A DNA stretch of 64,000 bases from the sequence record OQ721911; one strand, given 5' to 3'. The notes beneath the pieces were generated by a model, which was given only the letters and a program-made list of their open reading frames with translations, searched no databases and was not told where the DNA came from. The stretch comes from Escherichia phage vB_VIPECOOM03. Of this stretch, positions 43,903-53,352 are shown piece after piece (the stretch's first letter is position 1; each line of letters begins with the position of its first letter). The position numbers and the translations under genes were made by a program.

Positions 43903-46167
43903 TCATAATTTACAGGATGAACAATCTTCAGCTTTTGGAGTTTCTATTTCGTAATCATCAGTACCGGAACCATCACGAGTATTATGATAATAGAAGTTTT
44001 TAATTCCATAATACCATCCATATAGCATGTCATCAATCATTATTGACATTGGAACCTTTCCTTTTGGAAAAATCTGTGGGTCATAATATGTATTCGCTGA
44101 AGCTGATTGACATACCCATTTCAGCATAATAGCTACCTGCGTAAGATAAGGTTTATTACCTTTCTTAGCTAATTTCCATGTATAATCATAGAGGTCTATG
44201 TTATGCTCAATATTGGGCACGACTTGATTAAAGGAACCCTCTTTTGATTCTTTAACAGAGACTGGTCCACGTGGAGGCTCGATACCGTTTGTACTGTTAG
44301 AAACTTGGGAAGATGACTCACATGGCATAAGTGCTGATAATGTGCTATTACGGATGCCAAAGAGCTTAAGGTCTTCCCGCAGCGACGACCAGTCACAAAC
44401 GTATTTTGGAGCTGCGATTTGGTCAATCTTTTTATTGTACCAGTCGATAGGTAATTCGCCTCGAGACCAACGAGTGTCTGAATAATATTCGCAAGGTCCT
44501 TTTTCTTTGGCGAGCTTAATGGATGCTTTAATGAGTCCATACTGTAATCTCTCAAACAATTCATGAGTCAAATCGTTAGCGTCTTCATATGAAGCAAAGT
44601 TAGAAGCTAACCATGCAGCATAGTTAGTAACACCTACACCAAGATTTCGACGCTTTTTAGCTTTTTCTGCTTCAGGAACTGGATATCCTTGGTAATCCAA
44701 AAGATTATCAAGAGCACGAACTTGAACTTCTGCTAATTCATTAATTTTATCTTGGTCTTGCCAATCGAAGTTATCTAACACAAATGCAGATAACGTACAC
44801 AATCCAATTTCAGCATCAGGACCATTCACATCATTAGTTGGAATAGCAATTTCACAACACAAGTTACTCTGACGAATAGGTGCCTTTTCACGAATAAATG
44901 GAGTATAGTTATTCGTATTATCAATGAACTGTACATAAATCCTTGCTGTTCCTGATCGTTCAGTCATTAGCAATTCAAACAGTTCACGGGCTTTAATACG
45001 CTTTTTACGAATATTAGGGTCTTTTTCTGCGGCTTCATATAATTCACGGAAACGATCTTGGTCTTTAAAATAAGAATAATAAAGCTCGCCACCCATTTCA
45101 TGCGGACTGAACAAAGTAATGTAGTCGTTCTTTCCAAAACGTTCCATCATTAGGTCATTCAGCTGAACGCCATAATCCATATGACGGATACGGTTTTCTT
45201 CTACACCTTTGTTATTTTTCAAAACGAGAAGATTTTCAACTTCCAAATGCCAAATAGGATAATAAGCAGTAGCAGCGCCGCCACGAATTCCGCCCTGTGA
45301 ACATGATTTAACAGCAGTCTGAAAATGTTTCCAAAAAGGAATAACACCAGTATGACGCACTTCACCTGTGCCAATCTTAGAACCTTCGGCACGAATCATA
45401 CCAACGTTAATACCGATTCCGGCTCGTTTAGAAATATACTCAACAATTGAAGCAGAAGCCTTATTGATAGACTTCAGCGAATCGCCTGCCTCAATAACGA
45501 CGCATGAACTAAACTGCCGAGTTGGAGTACGACATCCAGCCATAATAGGAGTAGGCAGTGAAATCTGTCGAGTAGATACTGCTTCATAAAAACGAATAAC
45601 ATGTTTTAATCTGTCAACAGGTTCATCTTGATGCAATGCCATTCCAATAGTCATAAATGCAAACTGTGGAGTTTCATAAATTTGACCAGTGGTTTTATCT
45701 TTAACGAGATATTTTTCTTTTAATTGCATCGCCCCGGAATAAGTAAATTCCATATCCCGCTCATGCTTAATTTTTGATTCTAAAAATGTAATTTCTTCTG
45801 CAGAATATTTTGACAACAATTCAGGGTCATATTTACCTTCATTTACACAGTAAGAAATATGGTCAATAAATGAACGGGGCTCATACTGTCCGTACACATG
45901 TTTACGAAGAGCAAACATTAAACAACGTGCAGCTACGTATTGATAATCAGGCTCTTCAACCGAAATAGAATTCGCAGCAGCCTTAATTACAATAGTTTGA
46001 ATGTCATCAGTGGTCATTCCATCACGGAGATATGATTTAATATTTTCATATAATTCATAAGGATCTACAGATGTTCCTTCAGCTGCCCAAGATAAAACTT
46101 TAATAATTTTTTGCGGGTCAAAGCTCTGAGAAACACCACTACTTTTGATAACATTAATTAATTGCAT
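43903..46167 (-). CDS. nrdA: Ribonucleotide reductase large subunit
   Basis: 754-aa ORF, same length as T4 NrdA; ATP-cone N-terminus and class I RNR catalytic region. Confidence 0.95.
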   Translation of the reverse strand: MQLINVIKSSGVSQSFDPQKIIKVLSWAAEGTSVDPYELYENIKSYLRDGMTTDDIQTIVIKAAANSISVEEPDYQYVAARCLMFALRKHVYGQYEPRSFIDHISYCVNEGKYDPELLSKYSAEEITFLESKIKHERDMEFTYSGAMQLKEKYLVKDKTTGQIYETPQFAFMTIGMALHQDEPVDRLKHVIRFYEAVSTRQISLPTPIMAGCRTPTRQFSSCVVIEAGDSLKSINKASASIVEYISKRAGIGINVGMIRAEGSKIGTGEVRHTGVIPFWKHFQTAVKSCSQGGIRGGAATAYYPIWHLEVENLLVLKNNKGVEENRIRHMDYGVQLNDLMMERFGKNDYITLFSPHEMGGELYYSYFKDQDRFRELYEAAEKDPNIRKKRIKARELFELLMTERSGTARIYVQFIDNTNNYTPFIREKAPIRQSNLCCEIAIPTNDVNGPDAEIGLCTLSAFVLDNFDWQDQDKINELAEVQVRALDNLLDYQGYPVPEAEKAKKRRNLGVGVTNYAAWLASNFASYEDANDLTHELFERLQYGLIKASIKLAKEKGPCEYYSDTRWSRGELPIDWYNKKIDQIAAPKYVCDWSSLREDLKLFGIRNSTLSALMPCESSSQVSNSTNGIEPPRGPVSVKESKEGSFNQVVPNIEHNIDLYDYTWKLAKKGNKPYLTQVAIMLKWVCQSASANTYYDPQIFPKGKVPMSIMIDDMLYGWYYGIKNFYYHNTRDGSGTDDYEIETPKAEDCSSCKL

Positions 46168-46484
46168 AAGTCCTCAACTTGAAAATCGTCTTTAAACAAT
46201 CGGTTAACTATATGAGCTATTATATCACCATGACACGGCTTTGGTTTACATGTGCATCCTAGCCTCATTCCACGTAAAGGCTCTAAATGTGCTTTAGTTA
46301 TTTCTCCGGATTTAATTCGACGTATAAAATCTTTTTTGAATAATTCAATGGCAGCCTCCCGGCTGCCAGCATCTTTACCGACGTAATTTCCCCAAAATGT
46401 ACCACGGTGAATATTAACATCAAAGTCGGATTTATATTTATTCACTACCTGGCATAGACGGCCCGCGCGGCGATAATTCGTCAT
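46158..46484 (-). CDS. DUF4326-like protein (nrdA.1 position)
   Basis: 108-aa ORF; pattern WGN...REAAIELF...LRG..LGCTC.P.PCHGD fits my recollection of the DUF4326 signature. Confidence 0.55.
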   Translation of the reverse strand: MTNYRRAGRLCQVVNKYKSDFDVNIHRGTFWGNYVGKDAGSREAAIELFKKDFIRRIKSGEITKAHLEPLRGMRLGCTCKPKPCHGDIIAHIVNRLFKDDFQVEDLCN

Positions 46485-46701
46485 ATTGTTTTTCCGTTAA
46501 AACAGTAATATCATAGTAACAATCTGAAGAAGTTTTAACTGTAGAAATTTTATTATCAAAATACTCACGAGTCATTTTATGAGTATAATATTTTTTGCCG
46601 TAAATGATAATAGGCTGATTTGGTCCTGGAACTTCTAACTCACTTGGGTTAGGAAGTGTAAAAAGAACTACACCAGAAGTATCTTTAAATCGTAAAATCA
46701 T
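46438..46701 (-). CDS. Hypothetical protein (nrdA.2 position)
   Basis: 87-aa ORF. Confidence 0.55.
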   Translation of the reverse strand: MILRFKDTSGVVLFTLPNPSELEVPGPNQPIIIYGKKYYTHKMTREYFDNKISTVKTSSDCYYDITVLTEKQYDELSPRGPSMPGSE

Positions 46702-46719
46702 ATATCCTCACAATTAAAA

Positions 46720-47579
46720 TTACACCGCCATTTTTCCTTTCAAGACACCATGGGACTGATAATCTTTGAGAACGAAATCTCGCGCTGTCATATATTCAGT
46801 TAACCAATACATTTGAGTTTCAGTATCGCATTGACTGAATCCATTAGGCCAATTAATACTGAGTTTGCACAGGTCCATAGGGGTTCTATTTAATATCTCT
46901 TTGCATTGCTCAATATGGTTAGAATAAATGTGTGTATTGCCGCCCGAGAATATCAAATCGCCCGGAACTAGTTCACACATGTCAGCAACAATATGTAAGA
47001 GAGCAGCATAGCTCGCGATGTTAAATGGAAGACCGAGGAAAACATCTACCGAGCGTTGATACCATTGGAGGTCAAGGTATCCGTTACGAACATTAAACTG
47101 ATAGAACATGTGACAAGGTGGTAATGCCATTTGCTTAAGTTCAGCTGGATTCCACGCTGACACAATTTGACGCCTATCGTTTGGAAATGTTTTAATACGA
47201 TTAACAACTTCTACAATTTGGTCTACACCGCCAAAATCACGCCATTGTTTTCCGTAAATTGGACCAAGTTCACCACTATGATATCCTAAATCTTTTGCTT
47301 GATTTTCGTAATTTTCATCCCAAATCGTTTTTCCAGCAATTAAAGATCCATGAGTACGTTTACGTAGATCATTTACGTTAGTACTTCCTGACAGAAACCA
47401 TAGTAACTCAGAAATACATGCATTCCAAGCGAGCTTCTTAGTCGTTACTGCAGGAAAACCTTTAGTTAAATCCCAGCGTAATTTAGTACCGAACAAAGCA
47501 ATTGTTCCTGTGCCTGTTCGGTCATCGGTTTCGTAGCCATTTTCTAGAATATCTTTAATTAAAAATTGGTATTGTTGCA

Positions 47580-47580
<1 letters not shown>
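46720..47580 (-). CDS. td: Thymidylate synthase (uninterrupted, no intron)
   Basis: ORF-track start at 47592 is a TTG; ATG at 47580 gives 286 aa (T4 TS length) with active-site PCH and conserved DLGP.YG.QWR; continuous, unlike intron-containing T4 td. Confidence 0.93.
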
Positions 47581-48605
<1,025 letters not shown>

Positions 48606-48621
<16 letters not shown>

Positions 48622-48965
48622 TGAAAAGGGCCAGGAACATATCCGCTAGAGTTAACCATTTTAACTAAAGTTGCCATTCCTCTATTAACTGCTTGTGCGA
48701 TTTCATCAAAAATTTTGTCACTACCACCGTAAAAGTCATTAAAAAATTCTAACGCGTTCTCCCGAACTTTTAATTTACGGCCGACAATTTCGCCTACAGT
48801 AAATTCTCTTCCGCAAAATCCAGTGTAAATTGTAATTACACCCGTTAACTGACTTTCACGGGAATTTATGTCGTGTGATAAATTAATAAAAGCCGTCCCA
48901 CGCGCGGTTTTAAGTTGGCAACGAATTTTTACTTGAGTAATTCCAGTTACATGAATGTCAGACAT
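48606..48965 (-). CDS. Hypothetical protein (frd.2 position)
   Basis: 119-aa ORF. Confidence 0.55.
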
Positions 48966-48975
48966 AATATTTTCC

Positions 48976-49218
48976 TCAAACAGACTTTTTCACAATTTTC
49001 CAATCAGCTTTAAACTGATCAACGTCAGAATAGTAAATCCAGAATCCTGCGCTTTCTCCATCCTCATAAAGAGGGCATCCATCGCATTCATCTTCCCATC
49101 CCATATCACGTAAAAGATGTTCAGCTTTTTCAACAAGTTCAGAATCTTTACCAATGATATTAAAATACCATTTACCTCTAACTTCTGAATCTTTAATGCT
49201 CTGGCGTTGTAATCTCAT
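48976..49218 (-). CDS. Hypothetical protein (frd.3 position)
   Basis: 80-aa ORF preceded by promoter-like element and RBS AAGGAGAA. Confidence 0.6.
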   Translation of the reverse strand: MRLQRQSIKDSEVRGKWYFNIIGKDSELVEKAEHLLRDMGWEDECDGCPLYEDGESAGFWIYYSDVDQFKADWKIVKKSV

Positions 49219-49243
49219 TTTATTCTCCTTAGTTGATAGGGTA

Positions 49244-49273
49244 ATAGTATCACACTACTACCCTGTTGTAAAC
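49244..49273 (-). promoter_or_regulatory. Early-type promoter-like element (GTTTAC -35, 18-bp spacer, TACTAT -10) overlapping an inverted repeat
   Basis: Minus-strand GTTTACAACAGGGTAGTAGTGTGATACTAT; inverted repeat AGGGTA/TACCCT brackets the -10. Confidence 0.45.
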
Positions 49274-49674
49274 TACTTTTTGAAAGTTTTTCGCAAAAGT
49301 TCAATGATTTCATCTACATTGTTTTCGTCTACAATGCAGTGAATTTTTGTTACGCCAGAAATCTTGTCTTCGACTTCATCTTCTTCAGAAGTCGGTTCTT
49401 TATACTCGCGGAAACAATAAAACTCTTCTTCACTAAGTTCAAAATAATCATCACCCATACCATCATCATTATAGATTTCGCCATTAGCACAAATGATTTC
49501 AGTTACATAATCAAATCCATCTAAACTTGATATTGATTTAACTTCAAACCAACCACCATTTTCTTGAATGATGCCGACCATATTAGCATTTGATGAACTA
49601 ATATCAATGAAAGATTTAATACGATGTGGATTTAACTCATATTTTTTGCCAATTTCCATTTTGATTTTCCTCAT
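49273..49674 (-). CDS. Acidic hypothetical protein
   Basis: 133-aa ORF, Asp/Glu-rich. Confidence 0.55.
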   Translation of the reverse strand: MRKIKMEIGKKYELNPHRIKSFIDISSSNANMVGIIQENGGWFEVKSISSLDGFDYVTEIICANGEIYNDDGMGDDYFELSEEEFYCFREYKEPTSEEDEVEDKISGVTKIHCIVDENNVDEIIELLRKTFKK

Positions 49675-49704
49675 TTTGATAGGGGCTTGACAGCCCCTTG
49701 ATAA

Positions 49705-49932
49705 TTATTGTTCGATCAGTCCCATGTAAAATTCTGCGTCTTCAGCATCCATACCATCGCAATATTCATTAGCCATAAAGCGGGTGAGGTCTTCAAGAGG
49801 ACCTTCAATAACAATTTGAATGCTCCAAAACTTAGAATCTTGCACACTTGTGATACTAAGTTCAGGATAACGATTACGAATAATTTCTTCAATATATTCA
49901 AAATCAACGATGTCAATATCAACTTTAGCCAT
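49705..49932 (-). CDS. Acidic hypothetical protein
   Basis: ATG at 49932 with strong RBS (AAAGAGGAAA) gives 75 aa; the longer ORF-track version (117 aa) lacks an RBS. Confidence 0.55.
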   Translation of the reverse strand: MAKVDIDIVDFEYIEEIIRNRYPELSITSVQDSKFWSIQIVIEGPLEDLTRFMANEYCDGMDAEDAEFYMGLIEQ

Positions 49933-50037
49933 ATTGTTTTCCTCTTTAATCGTCAGCAGTATTGCCGATAGTTGTATAGTACCATAGAAGAACAGGGATG
50001 TAAACCGTTTTGTGAAAAAAATTTTTGAAATAAAAAA

Positions 50038-50056
50038 GGGGACCTCTAGGGTCCCC
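50038..50056 (-). terminator. Rho-independent terminator downstream of gene 32
   Basis: GGGGACC/GGTCCCC stem; on the minus strand it is followed by a long T-run. Confidence 0.8.
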
Positions 50057-50078
50057 AATTAATTAGTAATATAATCTA

Positions 50079-50987
50079 TTAAAGGTCATTCAAAAGGTCA
50101 TCCAGGTCCGTGTCATCAGCACTAGATGAACTGCCAGAGCTTGAGCTCATAAAATCATCTTCAGTTTTTGTTTTGAAGTCATCAACATTAAATGCATCCA
50201 AATCATCAGCAACTTTATCAGCTTTCTTAGCGGCAGTCGCTGCGGCACCACCCATAGCAGCAGTTCCCATAACTTGACTGAACTTAGTGCTCAATTCTTC
50301 AAACGATTTGAATTTATCTTTAGAAGTCATTTCAGAAAGGTCAACCATTTGTTCGAACAGTTCTTTCTGGAAAGATTCATCATCGATGTTTGGAATCGCA
50401 GATTGATTCAGGAATTTAGATTCGTCGTAGTTACTAAAACCAGAAACTTGTTTAACTTTCAGTACAAAGTTAGCACCTTCCCACGGACAAGTTACATCAA
50501 CCGGAGTTTCACCCATTTCAACATCAACTGCAATCATTGCATTGATTTTATCCCAGATTTTCTTACCGAAACGGTATTTAAATACTTTACCTTCATTTTC
50601 TGGAGCAGCTGGGTCTTTTACTACAAGAATGTTAGCCCAGTAAGAAGTTTTACGTTTAACAAGACCATACTCTTTATTGTCAGTGTTATACAAATCATTT
50701 TTACTGATGTACTGACATACTGGACAAGAATCGTAATCACCGTGGGTAGATGAACAGTTTTCAATATACCATTTACCATTTTTCTTGAAACCGTGATTTA
50801 CAAGAATTGCAAATGGTGCTTGTTCATCATTTTTAGACGGAAGAAAACGAATTACTGCTTGACCGTTACCCGCATTATCGAGTTTCAGTTTCCACTCGCC
50901 TTTATCTTCAGAAGAAAAACCACCTTTATTTCCAGCCAGTTTAGCCATTTGTGCAGCGAGTTCAGCAGTAGATTTACGTTTAAACAT
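50079..50987 (-). CDS. 32: Single-stranded DNA-binding protein gp32
   Basis: 302-aa ORF; [17 protein letters not shown]... and acidic Ser/Asp-rich C-terminus match remembered T4 gp32. Confidence 0.95.
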   Translation of the reverse strand: MFKRKSTAELAAQMAKLAGNKGGFSSEDKGEWKLKLDNAGNGQAVIRFLPSKNDEQAPFAILVNHGFKKNGKWYIENCSSTHGDYDSCPVCQYISKNDLYNTDNKEYGLVKRKTSYWANILVVKDPAAPENEGKVFKYRFGKKIWDKINAMIAVDVEMGETPVDVTCPWEGANFVLKVKQVSGFSNYDESKFLNQSAIPNIDDESFQKELFEQMVDLSEMTSKDKFKSFEELSTKFSQVMGTAAMGGAAATAAKKADKVADDLDAFNVDDFKTKTEDDFMSSSSGSSSSADDTDLDDLLNDL

Positions 50988-51070
50988 TTTTATTTCCTTT
51001 TTAATTTAATTAACAGTTGGTGCTATGACGATGTATGACCTCATAGCTGGTCAGTGAGATAATTATAATC
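50988..51070 (-). promoter_or_regulatory. Gene 32 5' leader / translational autoregulatory operator region
   Basis: Leader ends ...UUAAAUUAAAAAGGAAAUAAA before the AUG, an A/U-rich unstructured tract preceded by GC-containing segments able to fold, as described for T4 gene 32 mRNA. Confidence 0.55.
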
Positions 51071-51078
51071 TATTTATA
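51071..51078 (-). promoter_or_regulatory. T4-type late promoter (TATAAATA on minus strand) for gene 32
   Basis: Plus-strand TATTTATA about 85 nt upstream of gene 32 ATG. Confidence 0.5.
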
Positions 51079-51086
51079 ATAAGCAA

Positions 51087-51740
51087 TTAGTACTTACAAG
51101 ATTTCACAGTTTCAATGAAAACATTTTTAGCTTTCTGTGAATCAATATTTAAAATTTTTCTATAAGCCTTTAACTTTATAGAATAATTATTCCAGACTAA
51201 ATTATCAGTCTGTTCATCATGTTTATCGATTATATTTAAAAACGAATCAAGCAAGATAAACGTCTCAAACGAAATTATATTCGATTGAAGTAGTTTAAAA
51301 ATATAACTTGATTGAACTTTTGGATTATATTCAAAAATTTCTTTAAAAGCAGAAACTTCAACTTTTTTACTAAAATAATAAATGTTGCGAATATCTTCTT
51401 CAAACTTAAATTTAATTTGCTTTAAGCGTCCGATATATTCACGATAAAACACAAGTGCATCAGCGTCAGAGATGTCACCAATCCAAGCATCCTGGTTAGC
51501 AACAAGATTGCTTATAAAGATTAAAGCAAGTTCCTTTAATTTATATTTTTCTGATAACTTCTGGAAAAAATACTTATCCCTTCGCTTTTGATAAGCGGCA
51601 TCAGACACCCGCATGCACCAATTATACTTAATTACATCATACTTTCCATTCATATGTTGTTTTATCATTAAGTATAATTTATAAACTGATTTACCATCAA
51701 TGTATCTTTCACCACCAGCAGGCATGCGGAGTTTAATCAT
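51087..51740 (-). CDS. 59: Helicase loader gp59
   Basis: 217-aa ORF, same size and position as T4 gp59. Confidence 0.9.
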   Translation of the reverse strand: MIKLRMPAGGERYIDGKSVYKLYLMIKQHMNGKYDVIKYNWCMRVSDAAYQKRRDKYFFQKLSEKYKLKELALIFISNLVANQDAWIGDISDADALVFYREYIGRLKQIKFKFEEDIRNIYYFSKKVEVSAFKEIFEYNPKVQSSYIFKLLQSNIISFETFILLDSFLNIIDKHDEQTDNLVWNNYSIKLKAYRKILNIDSQKAKNVFIETVKSCKY

Positions 51741-52075
51741 AGTAGAAAATCTAATGTATTAGTTTTTTCACAGCGAACAACAGAAGGACGTAAAAGATTT
51801 TCGTCAATAGCTTCTGACTGAATTTTTTCAATTATACCCGAAGGAATAAATTTAGCAAATTGAGTTTCAGGAATAGAATTTTCTTCCAAGAATGCTGTTG
51901 TAGCTTCAAGATAACTCATTCCAAACTCTTCTACCATTTTTTCAATAATAAATCCATTTTCTTGACGATCAAGAAGCTTTGCAATTTCATCCTTTTCTTT
52001 CTTAATTGAAAGTTCTTTTTCTGAAAGACCGGTCTCATCGACCGGACGAATATCATTTAGAGAAAACTGTGTCAT
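51737..52075 (-). CDS. 33: Late transcription co-activator gp33
   Basis: ORF-track start is TTG; ATG at 52075 gives 112 aa (T4 gp33 length). Confidence 0.88.
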   Translation of the reverse strand: MTQFSLNDIRPVDETGLSEKELSIKKEKDEIAKLLDRQENGFIIEKMVEEFGMSYLEATTAFLEENSIPETQFAKFIPSGIIEKIQSEAIDENLLRPSVVRCEKTNTLDFLL

Positions 52076-52322
52076 AAAGTTCAACTACCTCTTCGGTTTC
52101 AGCTTCAAACACATCACGGTTATCTTTATGATACAAAGCTAAAAGACGATTAAACATCTTACCATCAACGCCAAGTTCATCTTTGGCACGAATTCGAATA
52201 TCTTTAATTAATTCATTATAACCGGAAATTTTCAGTTTATGATCAGATGCTTCTTTGATAAATTTAGCTAAGTCTTCGCCATGGATAGCTTCATCAAATT
52301 CAACCATTTCTTTTTTAGCCAT
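52053..52322 (-). CDS. dsbA: Double-stranded DNA-binding protein DsbA
   Basis: 89-aa ORF, size and position as in T4. Confidence 0.85.
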   Translation of the reverse strand: MAKKEMVEFDEAIHGEDLAKFIKEASDHKLKISGYNELIKDIRIRAKDELGVDGKMFNRLLALYHKDNRDVFEAETEEVVELYDTVFSK

Positions 52323-52330
52323 TATTCACC

Positions 52331-53248
52331 TCAAAATTCATTAATGCTATTAGTTAATTTAGAAAGACCCGCTTTTACAAAATATGAATAAATTTTGCCA
52401 CGCGGTGGTAATTTATATGAATTATAGTAATTCACAATGTTTGAAGCAATATTATCAGGAATATAATCAAAGTCAATTAGAACTAAATTTTCTTTATATC
52501 GATTATATTCAGATTCAGTGAGAAGCACCTTAGCTTGCTCACGGTCATTAGCAATAGCTTCAACAATAGATGTTTTCATTGAAGGAGTTCGTTCACCTTC
52601 AACTCTGGTAAACCAAAAGTCAGATCGTACTTTAACTGAAGCAACGTTATCCTTTTTGTCGCCTTTAAGGATTTTAGTCATACAGTCAATTTCAGCAGAA
52701 CCACTTTTAATTTTAACCCATTTCTTATGCATCGGTGACCATTGCTTAACATTTGGGTATTTGTGAAGTTGAGTAAAGTCACCATCCGATGAAATGATTA
52801 AAATCTTGTGTCCTTCTAAAGAGAACTTTTTAACAAGAACAGCAACGTGGTCATCTGCTTCATACTTATCAATATCCATAACAATGTATGGCATATAAGC
52901 TTTCAATTCATCTATAACTTTATGACTGGATTCAAAATAACCTTCCCAGTCCCAAGTAGATTCTTCTCGCGCTTTTCCACGGTTTTTCTTATAGTAATAA
53001 GCGAAATCACGACGCCAATATCCGGATTTTGCGTTATCGATACACAACACAATTTTAGTGTATCCAAGAGTTTTTGCTTTTTTGACATTAAACTTAATTG
53101 AGTTCAATATCAAATGACGAACCATTGATAAATTAATTTTTTCTTTATCTGGGAAGTTTACTAGAGCAGTCGAAAGTGCAATTTGACTAAAGTCAATTAA
53201 GCAAATTCCTTCTTTGTAATCTTCATCCAGCATCATTTCTAAATCCAT
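52331..53248 (-). CDS. rnh: RNase H (5'-3' exonuclease, FEN family)
   Basis: ORF-track start is TTG; ATG at 53248 gives 305 aa starting MDLEMMLDEDYKEGICLIDFSQ, as in T4 RNase H. Confidence 0.92.
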   Translation of the reverse strand: MDLEMMLDEDYKEGICLIDFSQIALSTALVNFPDKEKINLSMVRHLILNSIKFNVKKAKTLGYTKIVLCIDNAKSGYWRRDFAYYYKKNRGKAREESTWDWEGYFESSHKVIDELKAYMPYIVMDIDKYEADDHVAVLVKKFSLEGHKILIISSDGDFTQLHKYPNVKQWSPMHKKWVKIKSGSAEIDCMTKILKGDKKDNVASVKVRSDFWFTRVEGERTPSMKTSIVEAIANDREQAKVLLTESEYNRYKENLVLIDFDYIPDNIASNIVNYYNSYKLPPRGKIYSYFVKAGLSKLTNSINEF

Positions 53249-53310
53249 ATGAACCTCGTTCAATTAGTGAGATTTCTATTATATACTATCCAAATCTTAA
53301 AGTAAACAAG

Positions 53311-53318
53311 TATAAATA
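53311..53318 (+). promoter_or_regulatory. T4-type late promoter (TATAAATA) for gene 34
   Basis: Exact TATAAATA about 35 bp upstream of gene 34 ATG. Confidence 0.7.
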
Positions 53319-53352
53319 CTTATTATTGAAAACACAATAGGAGCCCGGGAGA

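Noticed and set aside
50274-50753. 159-aa plus-strand ORF within gene 32
   Set aside because: Antisense to the well-supported gp32 gene; hydrophobic/aromatic-rich unlikely protein; spurious.
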